Below are positions 56,805 through 64,000 of a DNA stretch of 64,000 nucleotides, in pieces. A model generated the notes under the pieces. The model was not told the DNA's origin. It made no database searches and saw only the letters and a program-made list of their open reading frames with translations. Origin of the DNA: the human T2T-CHM13v2.0 reference genome, Homo sapiens; the NCBI RefSeq assembly GCF_009914755.1, contig NC_060948.1; one strand, written 5' to 3'. The position numbers and the translations under genes are program-made. Positions within the stretch are counted from its first letter, which is position 1, and every line of letters starts with the position of its first letter.

Positions 56805-59800
56805 GAACTAAATCGAATGGAATGGAATTGATAGGAACGGAATGGAAAGGAATGCAATGATTTGGCATGGAATGGAATCGAATGGCATCGAATGGAATGG
56901 AATGGAATGCAATGGAATGGAATGTATTAGAATGTAATGAACTTTAATGGAATGTACTCGAATGGATTCGACTGGAATGGAATGTTCTGGAAGTGAATGG
57001 ACTCCAATGGAATGGATTCAAAAGGAATGGAATCGTACGGAATGGAATCTAATGGAATGGAATTAAATGGAAATGAATCAAATTGAATAGCACGGAATTG
57101 AATTGAATGGAATCGAATGCAATGGAATCTAATGAAACGGAAAGGAAAGGAATGGAATGGAATGGAATGGGCTGGAATGGAAAGGAATCGAAACGAATGG
57201 AATGGAATCGAACTGAAGAGACTGGAATGGAATGCACTGGAATGGAAGGGAGTGTAATGGAAGGTTCTCGAAAAAAATGGAATCGAATGGAATGGAATTG
57301 AATGGAACGGAATAGAGTCGAATGGAATTGAATGGAATGGAATGGACTAGAGTGAAATGGAATCGAACCACAAGGAATGGACAGGAATAGAATGGTCTCG
57401 AATTGAATGGAATCGTATGGAATGGCATCAAACGGAATGGAATGGACAGCCACGGAATGGAATGCACTCGAATGCAATGGAGTCGAAACTAATGGACTGG
57501 AATAGAATGGACTCGACTGGTACGGACTCCAATGGAATGGAATCGAATGGAAGGGAATCGAACGGAATGGACTCGAAGGGAAAAGACTGCAATGGAAAGG
57601 TCTCGAATGGAATGGAAATTAATGGAATGGAATGGAATCGAATGAAATGGAGTCAAAAGGAATGGAATCGAATGGCAAGAAATCGAATGTAATGGAATCG
57701 CAAGGAATTGATGTGAACGGAACGGAATGGAATGGAATCCAAAGGAATGGAATAGAATGGAATGGAATCGAATGGAAAGGACTCGAATGGAAATCACTCG
57801 AATAGAATGCAATTTAATAAAATAGGATCAAATGTAATGGAATGGAATGGAAAGGAATCGAAACGAAAGGAATGGAGACAGATGGAATGGAATAGAACAG
57901 AGAGCAATGGTATAGAATGGAATGGAATCATCTGGAATGGAATTGAATGGAATGGAATAATATGAAATGGAATGGAATGGAATGGAATGGAATGCCCTTG
58001 AATTAAATGGACTGGAATGGAATGGACTCGAACAGAGTGGAATGGAAAGTGTTGAGATAGAATGGAATGGACTCCTTTGGAATGGTGTAGTATGCAATGC
58101 AATCGACTGGCAGGGAATCAAAAGGAATGTAATCGAATGGATTGGACTGGAATGCAATGGACTCGAATAGATTGCAAACGGAATGCAAAGGAATGGAATG
58201 GAATAGTATGGAATGGAATGGAAAGGAATGGAGTGGAATAGACTAGAGTGGAATGGAATGGACTGGAAAGCAATGGACTGGAATGGAACTTTCTTGAATG
58301 GACTGGAATCAAATGGAATGGAATGCAATGCAATCAAATGGCATGGAATAAAATAGAATGAAAGAGAATCAAATGGAATTGAATCGAATGGAATCGAATG
58401 GATTGGAAAGGAATAGAATGGAATGGAATGGAATTGACTCAAATGGAATGGACTAGAATGGAATGGATTCGAATGGAAGGCAAAGGAATGGAATCTATTG
58501 GAATGGACTGTAATGGAATGGAATGGAAGGGATTGGAATGGACTCAAATGGAATGGACTGCAATAGAAAGGATTCGAATGGAATGAAAAAGAATTGAATG
58601 GTATAGAACAGAATGGAATCAAATCGAATGAAATGGAATGGAATATAAAGGAATGGAATGAAATGGAATGGAAAGGATTCGAATGGAATGCAATCGAATG
58701 GAATGGAATCGAACGGAATGGAATAAAATAGAAGAAAACTGGCAAGAAATGGAATCGAAATGAATGGAGTGTTATGGAACGGACTCAAAAGGAATTGAAT
58801 GTAATAGAATGGAGTGGAGTGGACTCGAATATAATGGACTGGAATGGAATGAAATCACATGGAATGGGAACGAATGGAATGGAATGGAAAGGAATGGAAT
58901 CGAATGGAATCGAATTGAAAGGAATCGAATGGAAGGGAATGAAATTGAATCAACAGGAATGGAAGGGAATAGAATAGACGGTAATGGAATGGACTCGAAT
59001 AGAATGGACACGAATGCTCAAATTGAATGGACTTGAATGGAATGGAAACGAAAGGAATGTCATCGAATGGAATTGAATCGATTGGAATGAAATCGCATAG
59101 AATGGAGTGGAATCAAATGGAATTGAATCGAAAGGAAAGGAAGCGAATGGACTGAAATGAAATGGAATGGAATTGAATGGAAAGTTATGTAATAGAATAG
59201 AATGGAACGAAATTTCACTGAATGGAATCAAACTGAATGGAATCAAATCAATGGAATCAAATCAAATGGAATGGAAAGGAATTGAATGGAGTAGATTGGA
59301 TTGGATGGGATTGGAATGAAATGTACTGGAAAGGACTCGAATTTCATGAAACGGAATGCAATGAATTGGAACGGAACGGACTCGAATGGAATGGAATGTC
59401 ATGGAATGGCATCAAATGGAATGGCATCAAATGGAATGGAATCGAATGCAATGGAATGCTATGGAATGGAATGGAATGCATTGGAATGGAATGTCCTCTA
59501 ATGGAATGGATTCGAGTGGAATGGAATCGAATATAATGGAGTCGAATGAAATGGAATTGAAAGGAATGGGATCGAATACAATGCAATATACTGGAATGTA
59601 ATGTAATGAACTCGAATGTAATTGACTGGAATGGAATGTACATGAATGGAATGTAATCGAATGGAAAGTAATCCAATGGAATAGAATCTAATGCAATAAA
59701 ATCGACTCAGATAGAGTAGAATGTAATGGAATGGAGTGCAGGGCCATGGAATGGAATGGAATGGAATGGAATGGAATGGAATGCAATGGAATGGAATGGA

Positions 59801-60378
59801 ATGGAATGGAATGGGATGGAATGGTGTGGAATGGATAGTAATGGACTGGAGTGAAATGGACTGGAAAGGAATGGACTCAAATTGAAAGGGCTCGAAAGGA
59901 ATGGAGTCAAATGGAATGGTCTGGAATGGAATGAACACGAATGTAATGCAATCGAATAGAATGGAATCGAATGGCATGGAATATAAAGAAATGGAATCGA
60001 AGAGAATGGAAACAAATGGAATGGAATTGAATGGAATGGAATTGAATGGAATGGGAACGAATGGAGTGAAATTGTATGCAGTAGAAGAGAATAGAATGGA
60101 ATGCAAGCGAAAGGAAAGGAATGGATTGGAATGGAATGGAATTCATTGGAATGGAAGGGAATGTAGTGTAATGGACAGGCCTGGAATAAAGTGGAATGCT
60201 ACGGTCTCGAATGGAATAAAAATGTATGGAATGGAATGCAATGAAACGGAATCGAATGTCATAGAATGTAATGGAATGCAACAAAATGGAATCCAAAATC
60301 ATTGACTGGAAAGGCTGGGTGACGAAAGGAATTGACTCCAATGGAATGGAATCGAATGGAATGGAAGAGAATAGAATC
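56805..60378 (+). repeat. DYZ1 unit 17 (3,574 bp; +10, +15; extra HaeIII site)
   Basis: 10-bp insertion at ~58901-58920; expansion near 59750-59810; GGCC at 59742-59745. Confidence 0.9.
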
Positions 60379-63300
60379 GAACTAAATCGAATGGAATGGA
60401 ATTGATAGGAACGGAATGGAAAGGAATGCAATCATTTGGCATGGAATGGAATCGAATGGCATCGAATGGAATGGAATGGAATGCAATGGAATGGAATGTA
60501 TTAGAATGTAATGAACTTTAATGGAATGTACCCGAATGGAATCGACTGGAATGGAATGTTCTGGAAGTGAATGGACTCCAATGGAATGGATTCAAAAGGA
60601 ATGGAATCGTACGGAATGGAATCTAATGGAATGGAATTAAATGGAAATGAATCAAACTGAATAGAACGGAATTGAATTGAATGGAATCGAATGCAATGGA
60701 ATCTAATGAAACGGAAAGGAAAGGAATGGAATGGAATGGAATGGGCTGGAATGGAAAGGAATCGAAACGAATGGAATGGAATCGAACTGAAGAGACTGGA
60801 ATGGAATGCACTGGATGGAAGGGAGTGTAATGGAAGGTTCTCGAAAAAAATGGAATCGAATGGAATGGAATTGAATGGAACGGAATAGAGTCGAATGGAA
60901 TTGAATGGAATGGAATGGACTAGAGTGAAATGGAATCGAACCACAAGGAATGGACAGGAATAGAATGGTCTCGAATTGAATGGAATCGTATGGAATGGCA
61001 TCAAACGGAATGGAATGGACAGCCACGGAATGGAATGCACTCGAATGCAATGGAGTCGAAACTAATGGACTGGAATAGAATGGACTCGACTGGTACGGAC
61101 TCCAATGGAATGGAATCGAATGGAAAGGAATCGAACGGAATGGACTCGAAGGGAAAAGACTGCAATGGAAAGGTCTCGAATGGAATGGAAATTAATGGAA
61201 TGGAATGGAATCGAATGAAATGGAGTCAAAAGGAATGGAATCGAATGGCAAGAAATCGAATGTAATGGAATCGCAAGGAATTGATGTGAACGGAACGGAA
61301 TGGAATGGAATCCAAAGGAATGGAATAGAATGGAATGGAATCGAATGGAAAGGACTCGAATGGAAATCACTCGAATAGAATGCAATTTAATAAAATAGGA
61401 TCAAATGTAATGGAATGGAATGGAAAGGAATCGAAACGAAAGGAATGGAGACAGATGGAATGGAATGGAACAGAGAGCAATGGTATAGAATGGAATGGAA
61501 TCATCTGGAATGGAATTGAATGGAATGGAATAATATGAAATGGAATGGAATGGAATGGAATGGAATGCCCTTGAATTAAATGGACTGGAATGGAATGGAC
61601 TCGAACAGAGTGGAATGGAAAGTGTTGAGATAGAATGGAATGGACTCCTTTGGAATGCTGTAGTATGCAATGCAATCGACTGGCAGGGAATCAAAAGGAA
61701 TGTAATCGAATGGATTGGACTGGAATGCAATGGACTCGAATAGATTGGAAACGGAATGCAAAGGAATGGAATGGAATAGTATGGAATGGAATGGAAAGGA
61801 ATGGAGTGGAATAGACTAGAGTGGAATGGAATGGACTCGAAAGCAATGGACTGGAATGGAACTTTCTTGAATGGACTGGAATCAAACGGAATGGAATGCA
61901 ATGCAATCAAATGGCATGGAATAAAATAGAATGAAAGAGAATCAAATGGAATTGAATCGAATGGAATCGAATGGATTGGAAAGGAATAGAATGGAATGGA
62001 ATGGAATTGACTCAAATGGAATGGACTAGAATGGAATGGATTCGAATGGAAGGCAAAGGAATGGAATCTATTGGAATGGACTGTAATGGAATGGAATGGA
62101 AGGGATTGGAATGGACTCGAATGGAATGGACTGCAATAGAAAGGATTCGAATGGAATGAAAAAGAATTGAATGGAATAGAACAGAATGGAATCAAATCGA
62201 ATGAAATGGAATGGAATAGAAAGGAATGGAATGAAATGGAATGGAAAGGATTCGAATGGAATGCAATCGAATGGAATGGAATCGAACGGAATGGAATAAA
62301 ATGGAAGAAAACTGGCAAGAAATGGAATCGAAATGAATGGAGTGTTATGGAACGGACTCAAAAGGAATTGAATGTAATAGAATGGAGTGGAGTTGACTCG
62401 AATATAATGGACTGGAATGGAATGAAATCACATGGAATGGGAACGAATGGAATGGAATGGAAAGGAATGGAATCGAATGGAAAGGAATCGAATGGAAGGG
62501 AATGAAATTGAATCAACAGGAATGGAAGGGAATAGAATAGACGGTAATGGAATGGACTCGAATAGAATGGACACGAATGCTCAAATTGAATGGACTCGAA
62601 TGGAATGGAAACGAAAGGAATGTCATCGAATGGAATTGAATCGATTGGAATGAAATCGCATAGAATGGAGTGGAATCAAATGGAATTGAATCGAAAGGAA
62701 AGGAAGCGAATGGACTGAAATGAAATGGAATGGAATTGAATGGAAAGTTATGTAATGGAATAGAATGGAACGAAATTTCACGGAATGCAATCAAACTGAA
62801 TGGAATCAAATCAATGGAATCAAATCAAATGGAATGGAAAGGAATTGAATGCAGTAGATTGGATTGGATGGGATTGGAATGAAATGTACTGGAAAGGACT
62901 CGAATTTCATGAAACGGAATGGAATGAATTGGAACGGAACCGACTCGAATGGAATGGAATGTCATGGAATGGCATCAAATGGAATGGCATCAAATGGAAT
63001 GGAATCGAATGCAATGGAGTGCTATGGAATGGAATGGAATGCATTGGAATGGAATGTCCTCTAATGGAATGGATTCGAGTGGAATGGAATCGAATATAAT
63101 GGAGTCGAATGAAATGGAATTGAAAGGAATGGGATCGAATATAATGGAATATACTGGAATGTAATGTAATGAACTCGAATGTAATTGACTGGAATGGAAT
63201 GTACATGAATGGAATGTAATCGAATGGAAAGTAATCCAATGGAATAGAATCTAATGCAATAAAATCGACTCAGATAGAGTAGAATGTAATGGAATGGAGT

Positions 63301-63911
63301 GCAGTGCAATGGAATGGAATGGAATGGAATGCAATGGAATGGAATGGAATGGAATGGAATGCAATGGGATGGTGTGGAATGGATAGTAATGGACTGGAGT
63401 GAAATGGACTGGAAAGGAATGGACTCAAATTGAAAGGGCTCGAAAGGAATGGAGTCAAATGGAATGGTCTGGAATGGAATGAACACGAATGTAATGCAAT
63501 CCAATAGAATGGAATCGAATGGCATGGAATATAAAGAAATGGAATCGAAGAGAATGGAAACAAATGGAATGGAATTGAATGGAATGGGAACGAATGGAGT
63601 GAAATTGTATGCAGTAGAAGAGAATAGAATGGAATGCAAGCGAAAGGAAAGGAATGGATTGGAATGGAATGGAATTCATTGGAATGGAAGGGAATGCAGT
63701 GTAATGGACAGGCCTGGAATAAAGTGGAATGCTACGGTCTCGAATGGAATAAAAATGTATGGAATGGAATGCAATGAAACGGAATCGAATGTCATAGAAT
63801 GTAATGGAATGCAAAAAAATGGAATCCAAAATCATTGACTGGAAAGGCTGGGTGTCGAAAGGAATTGACTCCAATGGAATGGAATCGAATGGAATGGAAG
63901 TGAATAGAATC
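60379..63911 (+). repeat. DYZ1 unit 18 (3,533 bp; -1, -15)
   Basis: 1-bp deletion near 60815 (CTGGATGGAA); 15-bp deletion near 63570-63585; next landmark at 63912. Confidence 0.9.
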
Positions 63912-64000
63912 GAACTAAATCGAATGGAATGGAATTGATAGGAACGGAATGGAAAGGAATGCAATGATTTGGCATGGAATGCAATCGAATGGCATCGAAT
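63912..64000 (+). repeat. Start of DYZ1 unit 19 (truncated by window end)
   Basis: GAACTAAATC at 63912. Confidence 0.9.

Larger units (their letters stand above)
1..64000 (+). repeat. DYZ1: Human Satellite III (HSat3) tandem array, DYZ1-type (Yq12 heterochromatin); GGAAT strand on +
   Basis: Diverged GGAAT pentamers run from end to end. Unique landmarks (e.g. GCAATTTAATAAAATAGGATC, GACAGGCCTGG, AAGGCTGGGTGTCG) recur about every 3.55 kb. There is typically one HaeIII and one EcoRI site per unit. Two units are exactly 3,564 bp, the classical DYZ1 length. The Y assignment rests on recognising the family, not on a database search. Confidence 0.93.

Noticed and set aside
245-63964. Hundreds of ORFs (up to 305 aa; MEWNG- and FHSIP-rich)
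   Set aside because: These are the direct translation of a stop-free 5-bp repeat (15-nt, 5-aa period). They overlap in all frames, recur with each unit, and are freely broken by 5-bp indels. There is no domain-like content.
1-64000. CRISPR-like or prokaryotic repeat-spacer array
   Set aside because: There is no constant repeat with unique spacers and no cas genes; this is continuous eukaryotic satellite.
1-64000. DYZ2 (AT-rich/Alu) blocks, retroelement insertions or strand inversions
   Set aside because: None seen. GGAAT stays on the + strand throughout, and all unit lengths are explained by small indels.
1-64000. Assignment to HSat2 or to autosomal HSat3 (e.g. chr9)
   Set aside because: The dominance of simple GGAAT runs and the ~3.56-kb unit with single HaeIII/EcoRI sites fit DYZ1 better. 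A BLAST against the DYZ1 reference would be decisive and was not run.

Overview
The whole 64 kb is one uninterrupted, single-orientation satellite array of diverged (GGAAT)n/(ATTCC)n pentamers, i.e. human Satellite III (HSat3). The pentamers are organised into a ~3.55 kb repeat unit with normally one HaeIII (GGCC) and one EcoRI (GAATTC) site. This matches DYZ1, the HSat3 repeat of human Yq12 heterochromatin (classical 3,564-bp unit). The window holds 18 complete units (3,529-3,579 bp) plus 89 bp of a 19th. I see no genes, RNA genes, transposons, DYZ2/Alu blocks or inversions, and all listed ORFs are artefacts of pentamer translation. The informative structure is above and below the unit level. 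(1) Each unit carries three perfect tripartite heat-shock elements (nGAAnnTTCnnGAAn), 49 of 54 intact. (2) A 7,098-bp two-unit higher-order repeat was recently triplicated in two steps at ~26.0-47.4 kb. (3) There are older dimer, monomer and 10-unit-distant duplications. (4) A putative recombination hotspot lies at unit positions ~1,150-1,290. (5) Each unit has a hypervariable pure-GGAAT tract. (6) Nearly all polymorphic indels preserve the 5-bp register. All comparisons were made by eye, not by alignment, so variant counts are minimum estimates. I found no evidence for a novel protein-coding system.
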